From Eledone cirrhosa (lineage: Eukaryota), in contig OZ024743.1 in assembly GCA_964016885.1 (NCBI GenBank), positions 217,000,001-217,064,000 of the forward strand: DNA of 64,000 bases, written 5' to 3'. Position 1 is the stretch's first letter; every line of letters begins with the position of its first letter. Below are positions 12,447-26,109 of this stretch, piece after piece. Under the pieces are notes generated by a model that saw only the letters and a list, made by a program, of their open reading frames with translations, had not been told where the DNA came from and searched no databases. A program made the translations under genes and the position numbers.

Positions 12447-12452
<6 letters not shown>
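11578..12452. mobile_element. Family B fold-back element: one full permuted unit (minus) plus an inverted partial unit (plus), flanked by long (TA)n
   Basis: 11578-12207 is the reverse complement of the unit seen at 5008-5825; 12206-12452 is an inverted copy. Confidence 0.88.
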
Positions 12453-12540
<88 letters not shown>

Positions 12541-12545
<5 letters not shown>

Positions 12546-12648
12546 ATGGAGGCGGTAAAAACCAGTTAGACCATCAGTCAGCAGATTACTCGATGGGTTA
12601 GTAGAGTGAGTAACTTGAAACAATTTAGGACCCCCGATGAATTGTTTC

Positions 12649-12650
<2 letters not shown>
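12541..12650. mobile_element. Family C-related TA-flanked fragment with a terminal hairpin
   Basis: GTAGAGTGAGTAAC..GAAACAATT..GACCCC resembles 26900-26940 and 61625-61660; hairpin GAAACAATT/AATTGTTTC. Confidence 0.5.
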
Positions 12651-12681
<31 letters not shown>

Positions 12682-12683
<2 letters not shown>

Positions 12684-12858
12684 GAATAATAGAGTTGGTT
12701 TTATTCGTACACCTTTTTATTGCATAATTCTAATATACGTATTTCGAAGATGTCAGAGGGGTTATTTTGTAACCACTCTGACAACTTCGAAATACGTATA
12801 ATAAAATTATGTAATAAGAAAGATGTAGGAATAAAACCGTATCTATCATTCATAATAT
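12682..12858. mobile_element. degenerate fold-back element next to (TA)n with a hammerhead-like 3' half
   Basis: Imperfect inverted arms centred at ~12767; CTGACAA-cttc-GAAA-TACGTA-TA-ataaaat resembles the family F motif. Confidence 0.55.
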
Positions 12859-15063
12859 TGAAACTCCAGTTGATACATTAAGGAGAAAATCCTAAGGAAT
12901 ACAAATACATCATTTAAAATATTACCAAGCTATAGGAGGGGTCATGTCCCATTCTTTCTGCACATAAACTGAACACACCTAAAGGAAGCTTTAGTCTAAA
13001 ATATGCAAGGGTACTCTGAGTTGATTTATCCACACCCGCAATATTCATAAGTCTTGCAAGCACATACCATTTCTGAGGCATCTTCGCTTAAACCCTTTGT
13101 ACACACACACGTTTACAATTTTAATTTTTGAGCTATTAAACTTAATGTTGTTATAGTGATAGGTTTTAATGAGTAATTAACCATTAGATATCCGCTGGGG
13201 AAACTATCGAGAATAAAGTAAAAATAGTTATAGAATATAAGAGTAGGATGAGAAAAGCGATGTTAAAAAAAAACGTATTAAATAATATATTAGTGAGAAG
13301 TAAAAATGTTGACCGAGAGAGAGAAAGTAAATAGAAAGTGTATATGAGAGCTAATAAAGAAGGAAAAAGAAGGGAATACTAGAAATGTTTGTATGAAATG
13401 TAAAAGAAGAATGAGATAAGTAATAATAAAACGAAAGTATATGTCGGGCAAGTAATAGTTTGATAGATGAGATAAGATAAGCGAGAAAGTTTGTGTTTAG
13501 AAGCTGATGAGAGTTACTCCGCCCCCAGGTTGCGGCTATCAAAATATTTCACACAATTTATGGATGTGAATCACTCTATATCTGTTTCGCAGTTTATGAA
13601 TATGTATGTTATGTATGGTTGTTTCAGAATAATATATATATATATATATATTTTTTAGGTATAATTTCGAAGGCGATATCAAATGTATCTTTTCAACATA
13701 TCTAAGATTGCCATGATTAAATTTCCTCATACCACTACATTTACCCTCACAGACTGAAACAATGTTTCCAATTCAGAAGGGCAGGTGACAGACCTATTTA
13801 GTCTATAGCAATTATTCGTATTTCCCAATTTGCTTTAAGGAAGGCTAAACAAAAATATTAGCAGGTGTTTGCGCGCGAACACAGCCATATATATAGTCAC
13901 GGAATTCCGCGCTTAGATAAATTGTAATGTATGATAACAATTTCGAGATATGCCCTCTATATCCCGTTTTACGGAAACTCGATTAAATCTATTTTCGAAA
14001 GGATCAGTTTAAAGCCAACTTTGATGTACGTAAATCACCGGAAAAGTAACCAACAGCGTTTTCTTTTGTGCAAGAAATGTTCATTTTAGTAGTGATGGAT
14101 ACATTTTCTGTTTTTTTTTTAATTCATAAATCATTGAAACATTAATTCAGTCTGCCAATGCTGAATAAAATTATAGAGAGGTGTCTTGCGTTATTATAAA
14201 CAAGATCTAACTCTCGATGGCGTTGTCAGTGGGCCTCTATATATCATGTGTCTGAGTTATTTTAAATCTATTTAGGTCTGTCTGGACAAAATATGGTTTC
14301 TGCCAGAGAGAAAAGGCATTTGAACACACCACACAGTGGGAACGATGCTGTAAAACATTCTATTCGATGCTCTAATGAATCTGTCAATTTGCCATCTAAT
14401 CACTATGTATACTAATTAAAATCTGAGCATACTATATAAATCGTAATAAATTCACTGCAGGCGTTAACTGAATCTAATATGCTGTGTCCAGATAATTAAT
14501 TCACAAATATCTGAGACTTGTTACTTCTTAGATCGATGTAATATTCATCTGCACAACTGCCATGATTCGTTTAAATATTATTAAAACACATGTATCGATT
14601 TCTTAGGGTGATTATACACTGGCGTCTTTAAAGATAAAGAATAATCAATGTAAAGCATGTATAAAGGGCCAAAGTTACTGTGTGCTGTTTATTAAACAAA
14701 TATCCGTTTCTTACACCATTGTATTCCGGTATAGTTCATGTTTATGCAACGTACGATTAAATGCAGCTAAGTACATGGTTTAAGAAATGAAAATATATGA
14801 TGGACTGGTGGTTGTTTATATATCGCTCACATTTAATAATGATATACTGTTCAGTCATAATAATTACACATATACACACACACATGCATGCACACGTTTA
14901 CGCATACGCCCTCCGCCCCCACATATTCTAGCGAGGGATTGGACCAACTGTCAAGTTTATTTATTTCAAACCAACAAATGACATGTAACATATTCGTAAT
15001 ATTTGCTTAGGGGTAAAACTTGACCTGGGACGACGATTACTTGCGCGAGAGGTTAATAATAAA

Positions 15064-15253
15064 ATAATTGTTTCTACTTTTTGGCACATGGCTAGTAATT
15101 ATCCAGTGCATTACTGGTACTGTATTTTATCGACCCCGTAAGGATGAAAGGCAAAGTTAACCTCGGCGGAATTTGAACTCAGAATGGCAAGGGCCGTAAC
15201 TCCATGCGTCAAAGCATGGCGTACGACCCTCTACCGATACTGCCAATCCACCG
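15064..15253 (-). mobile_element. tRNA-derived SINE
   Basis: Minus strand has A-box TGGCAGTATCGG, B-box GAGTTCAAATTCC, central GCCTTTCATCCTTACGGGGTCGATAAAAT domain and an (ATT)n-like tail. Confidence 0.92.
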
Positions 15254-15710
15254 AATACTGTATGGCTGTAATTTACGAATCTTCAAGGAAAAGATAGCTT
15301 TGTTTCACCTTTATAAATATTATATGAAGAAAATTTAATTAATCTATCCCAAATTTAACAGAAAGAGGAAGGGCCGACCGTTATGTATATGTTTTATCTG
15401 TCGACACTTGGCCGAAGGACATCTGTGACATATATGTAAACACACATACACATATTCATGCTTTAACAAAGACGTGTATGAGCACACATGTGTTTGTCAC
15501 TAAAGGGTACTTGCGAAAATACCACTTTGCATGATGTCTATATATAACATTAAAGAGAACTACAAAAAACAGGAGTTAGTGTCGTGGGTCCGTATTTGAC
15601 TTTATAATGAGGCAACGTTTTACAGCTGTATGTCCTACCTGGCACCAACTGTTTTAGCCGCAGAGCGATATGGTGTATTTATTTTAAACTGGATACACAG
15701 ACAATATAAT

Positions 15711-15898
15711 TGTTTCTACTTTTGGCACCAGGCCAGCAATTATCCCAGTGCATTACTGGAACTTTATGTTATCGACCCCGAAACGATGAAAGGCGAAGTT
15801 AACCTCGGCGGGATTTGAACTCAGATCATAAAGGGAGGTAACTTTATGCTTCAAAGCATGGCGCCGACCCTCTACCGATACTGCCAATCCACCGCCCT
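15711..15898 (-). mobile_element. tRNA-derived SINE, full length with TSD
   Basis: A and B boxes; 18-bp TSD ATACACAGA(C/G)AATATAAT at 15693-15710 and 15899-15916. Confidence 0.95.
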
Positions 15899-16486
15899 AT
15901 ACACAGAGAATATAATGAAAGAGTACGTGGTCAGAAAATATTCAATATTGTATACAATATCTAATTTGAAATCATTTATGAAAGTCGAGGAAATATTGTG
16001 TGATAAATTTGGAAAGGGGTGACTTTTAAGTTAAAATGTATAGAAGTAACATGAGTTACGTTTACCAATTTATATCCACAAGATTACAACATTATATCCA
16101 CATGGTGTGTTTTAGAGTATTGGTGTTTAATACTAAAACGAATGTATATATATTAACAGTTTGATTTCATATGTGATGGAGGAAAAACAACAAAAGTAGC
16201 GTATCTATTATATGCGTAGGTGTATGATTTACCATGCTTTTAGTTACACACCATGGTTTCACGTAGGTTTCGCAGCGGATATTTTCTGTATCTAGATCTT
16301 AACTACACGACTCTTTATTTCAAATCCCCACGAGGCCAAGTCTCAATGCTCATTATGCCATAACAATATATTATGCAATAACTTATAATAACAACACTCA
16401 TGACAATCAACTACTAGTCACTCCTTCATGAGATAAGTTTGTGGCATATGAAAATATTTAATGTTTATAATCTCAACATTTCTCTT

Positions 16487-16533
<47 letters not shown>

Positions 16534-17036
16534 CCTAAATAATACGACTGAAGAAAATTAAAAATATGATGTCGCCTGATATTTATATGGAATATTATGT
16601 TCAATTTGAGGACTAACTAATTAACATGAATATATATATATTTCATTGAAGATAATATCTTATTAATACTGTTTACTCCGTTTTCTGCTGTAATGTCAAA
16701 ACAATACTAAAGCCTTATTCGTACAATATCATCCATTTATACCGCATGATAATTATTTGCATCAGTGTGAGTCAAATCAAGCGAATAAAGAGACACATCT
16801 GAGAGGAATCTATCTGCTTGCTGAACGCACAAAGAAATACAAATCGTTAATGGTAGCAGTTTCTTAGAAAATACACAGTTATATGATAAGATAATTTCCC
16901 TACTTTTGTTTCCTGTACACAGTAATGAAAACATTCCTAATGGTTTGTACACATACAAACGCGTAACACTATTCTGACAAACTGGCATAGGGCCTGAAAC
17001 TTCATCGAACTACGCATATGCATAACGAGAAACAGA

Positions 17037-17086
<50 letters not shown>

Positions 17087-17090
<4 letters not shown>

Positions 17091-17275
17091 AGAAAGTATG
17101 ACCCCGAAGGCAGAGCTCAAGCCGTTTCGACGGCTATGTTGGACTTAAATAGCCGTCGAAACGGCTTGAGCTCTGCCGTCTGGGTCATACTTTCTCCTAT
17201 TACCCACTCTACTACCCTAAGTATTGAGTACTCTGGTGCGTTATGGTCCATCTGTTTCCTTACCACACTTCTTCG

Positions 17276-17277
<2 letters not shown>
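17087..17277. mobile_element. Family C fold-back element flanked by (TA)n, carrying the 3' half of a hammerhead
   Basis: Arms ~17087-17137 / ~17149-17200; GAAA-CGGC-ttgagctct-GCCG-TC; 3' part shared with 26838-26940 and 61493-61708. Confidence 0.82.
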
Positions 17278-17312
<35 letters not shown>

Positions 17313-18016
17313 AGTATTTAGATCGATATACGATAATTTCGATCTCATTGCTTACAACTTGCTCACAAATCCGGAGCACACGCATGAGGCAAATAGTTGC
17401 AAGACAACAATCCCACCAAGGAGCTCTTGCAGTGAAGCTTGAGAAAATTAATAATTCAAAAGCTTAACATGTGAAAATGTTAAACTTCTCACAATTTAAA
17501 TGATTTGAATAAGTCAGTATATTCATTGTTTAACACAGAATGCTGCCAGAATACATATATTCTCCATAGGCCTGTACTCTCATCGATTAATTATAACCAA
17601 TAATCAACAAATTCTCTATGTAAGCCCAACATATAGATCCTTAATCAGTTTGCACGGACAAAAGCGTGCTCACTCCTGGATGTCAAAATAGAATGTGTCA
17701 TCGTCGGCAACGGTGCTTGGCTAAGAAGACAACGTGCGTTTCCCTGATGTTTGAAATACTTTACCAATTATATGCACATTAACTCTTTGTGATTATTTTT
17801 TTCGTGACGTTTGACCATTAACTCCTAATGGAATCATAGTGTTGCCGCCTTGACAAACGGCGTGTCTTGGGCATTTAATCATAGCAGATTTGAATTGATA
17901 TGATTCCTTTTAGAGAGAGAGAGAGAAAGAAAGATAGAGATACAGACAGAGAGAGAGCAAGTAATAGGGAGAGAGAAAGAAATAGAGAGAGAGAGTTTAG
18001 AATACATTTGAAAGGT

Positions 18017-18132
18017 CTGAGTTCAAATCCCGTCGAGGTTAAGTTTGCCTTTCACCTTACAGGGTCGATAAAATAAAGCACACGTTATGCACTAGGATAA
18101 TTGCTGGCCTTGTGCCAAAAGTAGAAACAATT
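18017..18132 (+). mobile_element. tRNA-derived SINE, 5'-truncated with TSD
   Basis: B-box GAGTTCAAATCC through to the tail; TSD ATTTGAAAGGT at 18006-18016 and 18133-18143. Confidence 0.92.
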
Positions 18133-18756
18133 ATTTGAAAGGTACTTTATCAATTGACTTAGAAATTATGAAAAGCAAAGTTGACTTCGGCAACATTTGA
18201 ATTCATGGCGCGGAGCCAACACCCCATCAAAATCTTTGATAATTCGTCACCTTAGATAATATTTAGTGACATGATTAAATAGATTTCATTGTACTTTCAA
18301 AGGTCATTTAATCATAAATGATACATGGGTGGGCTAAGAAGTTCATATGCTGACAAATATACTCTCGAGGAATGACCAGATGAGGTTTTTTTTTGTCAAC
18401 AGAGTCTCTTTAAAGAAACAATGCAATTATTAATACAAATATTTGAAATTAATATATGGAAGATTTCCCACACATTCAGGATCAATCTACCCTCGTATAT
18501 ACATGCCGGTAGAAATTATTTCTGTTGCATTCAAAACTTATTCAATAGATAATGCTGCCACGATTTGTTCTCATGAGAACCAAACGGTTTTGTAACAGGT
18601 CAAGTTCTCGAGAGCAAACAACGTATTTATTTTACCAACCCACAACTGGCACCGTGTAAATATTGTACGATAAACATCTAAATCCATGTACACTCGTTTA
18701 TTTGGTGAAGTTTCACTAATAACTAAATGTATGAGATCAAACGTTTATAATAATGA

Positions 18757-18862
<106 letters not shown>

Positions 18863-19232
18863 TGTGCCGCTGCTGCTTTGATTTAGTGGAAGTAGTTATA
18901 AGATTCGTGTTGATATTGAAAATAATTGCAGTAAATTCTTTTGAGTAAGACCTTTTGTCTCTGACTACCGCTGAGAAAGCACAGAAATAACAGTAATTTT
19001 AAGAAAATCGACTATATCGTATATTCAAATTCGTTGACAGGAATTTCACAGTGAGTGAATATCTCATCTCGAATAGAAATACAACAAACGTGTTTTAGAA
19101 TGAAAATGCATATACACAGATTTAGCTTCAATAGAATTAGGATTAGCAACTGCACAATAAACGAAATAATATGAAACATATTACGATCTGACTTGTAAAA
19201 ACAAACACGAGAAATGGAATAAAGCTAATAAT

Positions 19233-19530
19233 TGTTTCTACTTTAGGCACAAGGCCAGCAATTACCCAGTGCATTACTGGTACTTTATTTTATCGACCCC
19301 GTAAGGATGAAAGGCAAAGTAAACCTCGGCGGGATAAAGCTAATAATTATTTCTACGTTTGGCACAAGGCCAGAAATTACCCAGAGCATTACTGGTACTT
19401 TATTTTATCGACCCCGTAAGGATGAAAGGCAAAGTTAACCTCGGCGGGATTTGAACTCAGAATGACAAGGGCCGTAACTCTATACGTCAAGGCATAGCGT
19501 CCGACCCTCTACCGATACCGTCAACCCACC
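19233..19530 (-). mobile_element. two tandem SINE copies (19233-19333 truncated; 19348-19530) with a triplicated target site
   Basis: ATAAAGCTAATAAT at 19219-19232, 19334-19347 and 19534-19547. Confidence 0.93.
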
Positions 19531-19842
19531 GGGATAAAGCTAATAATACTGAAGAAACAGATACACGTCGAGATAAAATAATGACTTTGTGATATATAAC
19601 TGTCGTAATACAGACTTGAAGATTTGCAACAATAATACAAACTTACGCATGTCTGAATGAAAGCGATTCAAGAAAAAAAAAAAACAGTCTCGTCCATTGG
19701 AGGTGTAACTTCCACTTGGATATGGAATATTTCACTCAACGAAAAACTGCATTGAAACACTACGCATAGAAAGCAAACTCATTTTACCCGCTGCATTCAT
19801 ATTTCGTTGTATGTTGTGTAAGCTAGAAAACAGTATTATAAT

Positions 19843-20003
19843 TGTTTCTACTTTAGGCACAAGGCCAGCAATTACCCAGTGCATTACTGGTACTTTATTT
19901 TATCGACCCCGTAAGGATGAAAGGCGGGATTTGAACTCAGATTGTAAAGGGACGTAACTATGCTGTAAAGCATGGCGTCCGACCCTCTACCGATACTACC
20001 AAT
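19843..20003 (-). mobile_element. tRNA-derived SINE with an internal deletion and TSD
   Basis: TSD AGTATTATAAT at 19832-42 and 20004-14; deletion between two GGC triplets. Confidence 0.92.
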
Positions 20004-20029
20004 AGTATTATAATGTGAATTAGCAAAGC

Positions 20030-20222
20030 AATTGATAAAATACGTTATGATATTGGTTACTTCGTTTTATGTTCTGAGTTCAAATTCCGCTGAGGTACAC
20101 TTCGCTTTTCAATCTCTCAATGTTGATAAAGTAAAGTCCTAGTAACACATTGGGGTCAATTTAATCGACTTTCCACTTCCCTTCTAATTGCTGGCATTGT
20201 ACCAAATGTAGTAACAATTAGT
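20030..20222 (+). mobile_element. older, diverged SINE of the same superfamily
   Basis: TTCTGAGTTCAAATTCCGC B-box, GATAAAGTAAAG central domain, AATTGCTGGCATTGTACC..AACAATTA tail. Confidence 0.7.
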
Positions 20223-22283
20223 ATGCCGCTAGAGTAGATAAGTAGCATGCCGATCCAAACGCACTGTGGTGTTTAGTTACGACGATTTATATTGTTAACG
20301 TAAATCCTCTTGAGGAGGATTTTTTTTCTGCTTCCGCAGTCAAGAAGATACCCCTAGTCAAGTATTAGGCTTAATTCAATCGACTTTACCCACTCACGAA
20401 AAGTGTATGACAATGTGCCAACGTTAGCAATCTTTATTAGCATGTATTATTGTTATTGTTGCTCATCGTATACATTGTTTGTTTTAATGATTATGTTGAG
20501 ATGACATTAGTCACAACTCTAGTGTAAGTACTGAAGTTGGTATCATTAAGTTAATAAGAAGAAGCTGAGAAGTGATCTTTAAGCCTTTGACCTTCCAGTT
20601 GAAGTAAATACGCTTTAAATCTATGCTGTCAATCGGCATTAACACATGCATCGACCAAATATGAATATATCAGAATTGGCAGGTTTGCACGGAGAGGGTC
20701 AGAGGCTTTTCCGCTGTTTGTGGTGATTTAATCCTCACATGGCAAGAAAGACAGCTATGCTAACAACCGAATGAGGAGCTTCTATGAACACACTTAATAT
20801 GTTAAAAATAGTAATCAAACCGTCCTCATTTCAAACACTACTTTCTTTAAAACGTAAAGAAATGGAAACATATAGACATTCATATCCCTAAAATGCATGA
20901 TGGTCAAGGCTGGAAAGCCTTTAATCATAGTCGTGCTTGATCACGAATGTAGCTAAACAGCAATACCAATATTTCTAAATACTATAATAAATATTGATAA
21001 CTATATGTATTTTGCTCGCTAATATAAAATGAGTAGTATCAGAAAAAAACGTTGGAAGTTAACATTCTATAATTTCTTCTTGTATAGTAATTGTACAGAC
21101 ATAGTTATATTGTTATATATGCGTAATATAAGGAATTTCCTCCGATTTCGACGTTGAGCATTCACCTGTTCGGACAAGGGATCGTCTGGTACATAATCTA
21201 ACATATAAATGGTTGATTATTCCACAAACACATCTATCATTGACATAATTCTCAAACTGAATCAATGTGACAATATATGATGAGGCAGAATTCCACACAG
21301 CTTCCCTCTACTTAATTTCACTCACAAGACTTAGGTGAATAAAAATCTGATAATTGTGAAGCGGAATTCCTAGCAAAGTTCCACTATTGGTGAAATGTAT
21401 GTTAAAGTAAAATATTACAGCAATGTGTAAATGAAACATTTTTCAGAATAACATTTTTATTCAAATATAAGTGTAAGTGGTTTCATATTCAACAAGCGAG
21501 TTTCCCAATTACAAAGTGCGTGACAAGGTTGAGACCTTCAGACGTAGGCTTACTGAACCCAACTGGCTTTCAAACAGTTTACATATCTCAATTTCACTTA
21601 GGTCGACCCGATGTAATGGTACAAAACATTTACTCAAAGTGTCGCACGGTATGTCCGAAACATGGACCGCTTCATTGATTATCATTATTCTTTAAAATGA
21701 TGTTGAATCCCCAAATCATTGATTATGGCCATTATGTTTCAGATTTGTATAAGGAGAATATAAAATATTTTGAAGAAATGCAGTAATTATGCTAAGAACT
21801 GATGGAGTTTCAATATAACTATCATATTAAGAAATGTATTTTTAAGCATTCCTGTTGAATTCCTACACCCAAAATTCGTTCACGAATATCTTGACTGCAA
21901 GGGTAAGTATTTATTGTAAGCTACACAGTATCAACACTCAACGATAAGGAGGTGTTTTATTTTCAATTCCAAATTTTATTTCAAATACATTTTGTCTTTC
22001 GTAAGTTAAAGCATTTTCTGTAATTTCATAATTCGTAATTACAAGATCACGTGTGTCTGTTATAACACATATTTAACTTACACTTAAAATAACGAGGAAA
22101 AAAGAAACAATATAATCGATATATATATTTATAATCAAGAAACGTTAATACTTTTTATGCTGAGTCTCAGCAAAACATTGTTGATATATGTATATATTAT
22201 CAGATATAGTAGTAATTCTAGAACATGGAATATATCGGAGTAGTAAACCCCAAATGGAAAAAAATCATAACACCTTCCCCCCA

Positions 22284-22582
<299 letters not shown>

Positions 22583-23099
22583 TTTATTCTCTCTGCGTGT
22601 GTAAGGACAAATTGGCCAATATATTAAAACTAAACAAAGAAACGTGGGAAGATATTGTAAGTAAAACATCTGCAGAGATTGGCTTATCTTGGATAGCTAC
22701 ACTATTTTGCATATACCTAAGTGAACATTGACATATTAACACATGAAAACCCATTAACATATGTAGTCTTGTGAATATTTATCGGAAAAATAGGTACAGA
22801 TATACGTGAATATAATAGGATACGCCTGAAATATAAAAGATTGAAAAATACGAATCTACAAAGAGGCTGTTAGATGAGGGTTCCATCGGCTAACAATAGT
22901 AGCCAAATCTTTATAAAGCACATCATACCGCTTTAAATATGGAAATGACATATTAGCTATTCTAGCCCTAAACAGCGCTAAAAAAGAACATGGTCAGAGT
23001 TGGATCGCATGTGATCATCGGTCAACTAGATTAAAGTTGACACGTGACTAAGTAGCTGTCATTTCAAGTATAAGACAATGCTTAAACAAGTGTCTAAGT

Positions 23100-23284
23100 C
23101 AGGCATGTCAAATTGAGGATCCCGTGAGGGTCACATTGGTCATATATGTGTTGTCTGAGGGCCACACATGACAACTAATTACGCACATTACAACTAATAT
23201 TTGTCTTATTTTATATTACGCTCGCGCTGTAAAAACCTTTGTGTGGCCCGCAGGTGTGTTTGTAAAGGGTGTTTGACATGCCTG
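23100..23284. mobile_element. hAT-superfamily MITE (Charlie-like)
   Basis: 13-bp perfect TIR CAGGCATGTCAAA/TTTGACATGCCTG; 8-bp TSD GTCTAAGT/GTCCAAGT; subterminal GGCCCGC-like motif. Confidence 0.85.
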
Positions 23285-24329
23285 GTCCAAGTAGCTATTT
23301 CAAACATGAGACATTCCTTTAAATTGTGACAATGAAAACTTTGATTATATCTGCTACTACTTTATGTTAAATACCTCATAAGGATAAAATGTAAAATTGG
23401 CCTCGGTGGGATTTGAACGCAGAACGTAAAGAGATAGATATTTTATCTGACACTCTAACGATTCTTCTAATCAACAACATGGAATATTGTTTTGTTTATT
23501 AATTTTTCTTAAGAAGTCTGAACGTATTAAAGTGTCCATTAAACACAAGAAGACTCACCAGAGTTCGTTATCTAATTGAAGTGACTTATCTGTTTATGAA
23601 GTCTAAGAAAATATATTGATAAGTATGGGACTGACACCGTTGAGCAAAACTGAAATTAATATTAATGAGATCATTTTTCATGATTATTTCATTGATTTTC
23701 TCACATTCATCAAGAAATACGGGAAGAAGATATACAATTATGAATTTTACGTTAACACATATGTGCGCACATCTACAAGCACTATCATACACATAGAACT
23801 CCCTGTATTCTCTTACGTAGAGTTAAGTGCATCAATTTATATATTCTCATTATAATATATGTCGAAAGATGCTGAGACTTTGATGTTACTTCTAGCATCC
23901 ACGGAATTACATAGTGATACTTTGTGTGTGTGTTTTTACCGTGACATTAGTTACAACTACTTAGTGTAGACTTCTCAGGTTTTCCTGTAGGATGAGGGCC
24001 GTTAAATCGTAAACAAATGCGTCGTATTTTCCTATTCTGGATGAGGTACACTTCTCAATACCAGCGTCAGATGCTAGGCCTTTCAATTCTACCTTATACA
24101 TACAAATGCACTCACACACACATACACAATCACACACACACATACACATACATACATATATATGTGTATTTATGTATGTATATGTATGTATATATTTGTA
24201 TGTAGTTTGTGCCGCATATCTAGGTAATCCTTCCTGTTAGTTAAAAAGAAAAAAAAGTCTATATTAGTAACATGACATAGTCCGTTCATATGTCAGTCGA
24301 TTCGGCTTGTGTCATTTCTCCATTTTCTT

Positions 24330-25200
24330 CTTACTGTCCTGCTTCCTTTGGATTTCAAAATCGATCATGGATTAGCTTCCGCCATATTGGTCTGTCATTA
24401 TCAAAATAATGCCTTCAGCAGGGAAGAGTGTAACCTTTTCTCAAAATTTATTTTTTGAGATATTTATAACTCAAGAAAGGGCGTCCTACATTTCGAACAC
24501 CATCCTCAAGCTCACCAAAAAGAAGTCTCTTTACAGGTCTACAATCATCTATGCGGACAACGTGTCCAAACCATCTGAGTCTATTCCCTATGAAGATTGT
24601 TTCAATGTAGGCAGTATTTGCAGGTTTCAGTACCTCAAATTTTGTGATAAAAGTGATCACATTTAATCTTGAGAATATACCTACGGTGTGGTTGCTGAAC
24701 TGTTCTTAACTGTCTTACGTGGTAATGATTGAGAGTCTACGTGTCAATTCTATACAACAATAGAGTCATACATTGTCTATATACTTTGAATTTAGTCTCA
24801 GTGTTCACTTCCCTGGATTCAAAGACTCTGACTCTTAGTTTACCTACAGCACAAGAGGCAGCTTGAAAACCTCTGCTAAGCTCTTCATCCAATTGTGTTT
24901 TTGTGACATAGCTGCCAAGATATTTGAAGCATTCCACTCTGGAGAGTTTTCCTCCATCAATTAAACAACAACTTGCTCTCCGACCTTCATTGTCTCTGTT
25001 TTCTTAATGTTGATTAGGATACCCATTTTCAAAGAGACTGTGTTATATGCAGATAACAGCTGTCGTTGAGCAAATGAAGCAGAAAACAGCAATGTCGTCA
25101 ACATATTGGGCAACACTTATGAAAACATGAAGTATATTTGTCTTGGATTCGAGGTGATGAATATGAAAAATATCGCCATCATATCTAAGCATATGTTGAT
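24330..25200 (-). mobile_element. RTE-clade LINE reverse transcriptase fragment (decayed)
   Basis: Minus-strand peptides AQYVDDIA (YxDD, ~25090-25115), FKYLGSYVT..LDEELSR..AASCAVGKL..TKFKVY and RLRWFGHVVRIDDCRPVKRLLFGEL..RNVGRP, with frameshifts. Confidence 0.9.
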
Positions 25201-26050
25201 GAGATGTGAGGAGCTGACTTCATTTTATCTAAATTATTTTTCATATATATAAACAATGAATAGTAGCAAAATAAATGGAAACAGTACGGATGAACATTAC
25301 CAATGTATGACGCTTAGGATTAGTAGAAATAAATATTTCTGACGTTTCGGACAAGGTTGTTCTTATGAAAATAGATGGAACAAAGTTAATCAAGAAATGA
25401 AAAGGGAATACAAAATAAAACGAAAAAAAATGTGGACTGAGAATATCCATATAATCGTGTTTCTACTTGATAATCGAGCGCGAGCGTGAGATGCATATTC
25501 CCATATAAAGCAAAATATGTTCACATTTGCATTCAAGTAGATTCAAAACAGACAATCATCAGTCCGTATGCTCACAACATCAAGTATACTTTACACATAG
25601 ATGTTTGTAATCAGTACTCCCACATTCAACTCTGTATCTTAAACGAATTTACTCTCAGAGTGCTCCCATCTGTCTTTAATATTTCCGTGTTTTTCCCCGT
25701 ATCTTTCTACTATATAAAAATATATAATTTCCTACTTATCTATACAGATGTTTGTCCGTGAATCTGTCTGTCTATCTAAGTATTTATCTTGTTATAATTA
25801 TATTTATGTCAATGTCTCTTGGAAAATTCAAACTAGCTGGATATATTGATTAGTCGATAAAAGTATTTGTAACAGGACCTTTCTAAATATATCAATACAT
25901 CTACATATATTAGCTGATGACAGCATAAGAAAAGATTGTTAAAACAAGATCTCTGTTGAGATGAATATATCGGTTATGTTTGACTACATAGCAAGCGCGT
26001 CTGAACCTGTCCATTGTTTGGCCAACCGTAGGTGTATTATATGCTTACGT

Positions 26051-26103
<53 letters not shown>

Positions 26104-26109
26104 GAGAGT

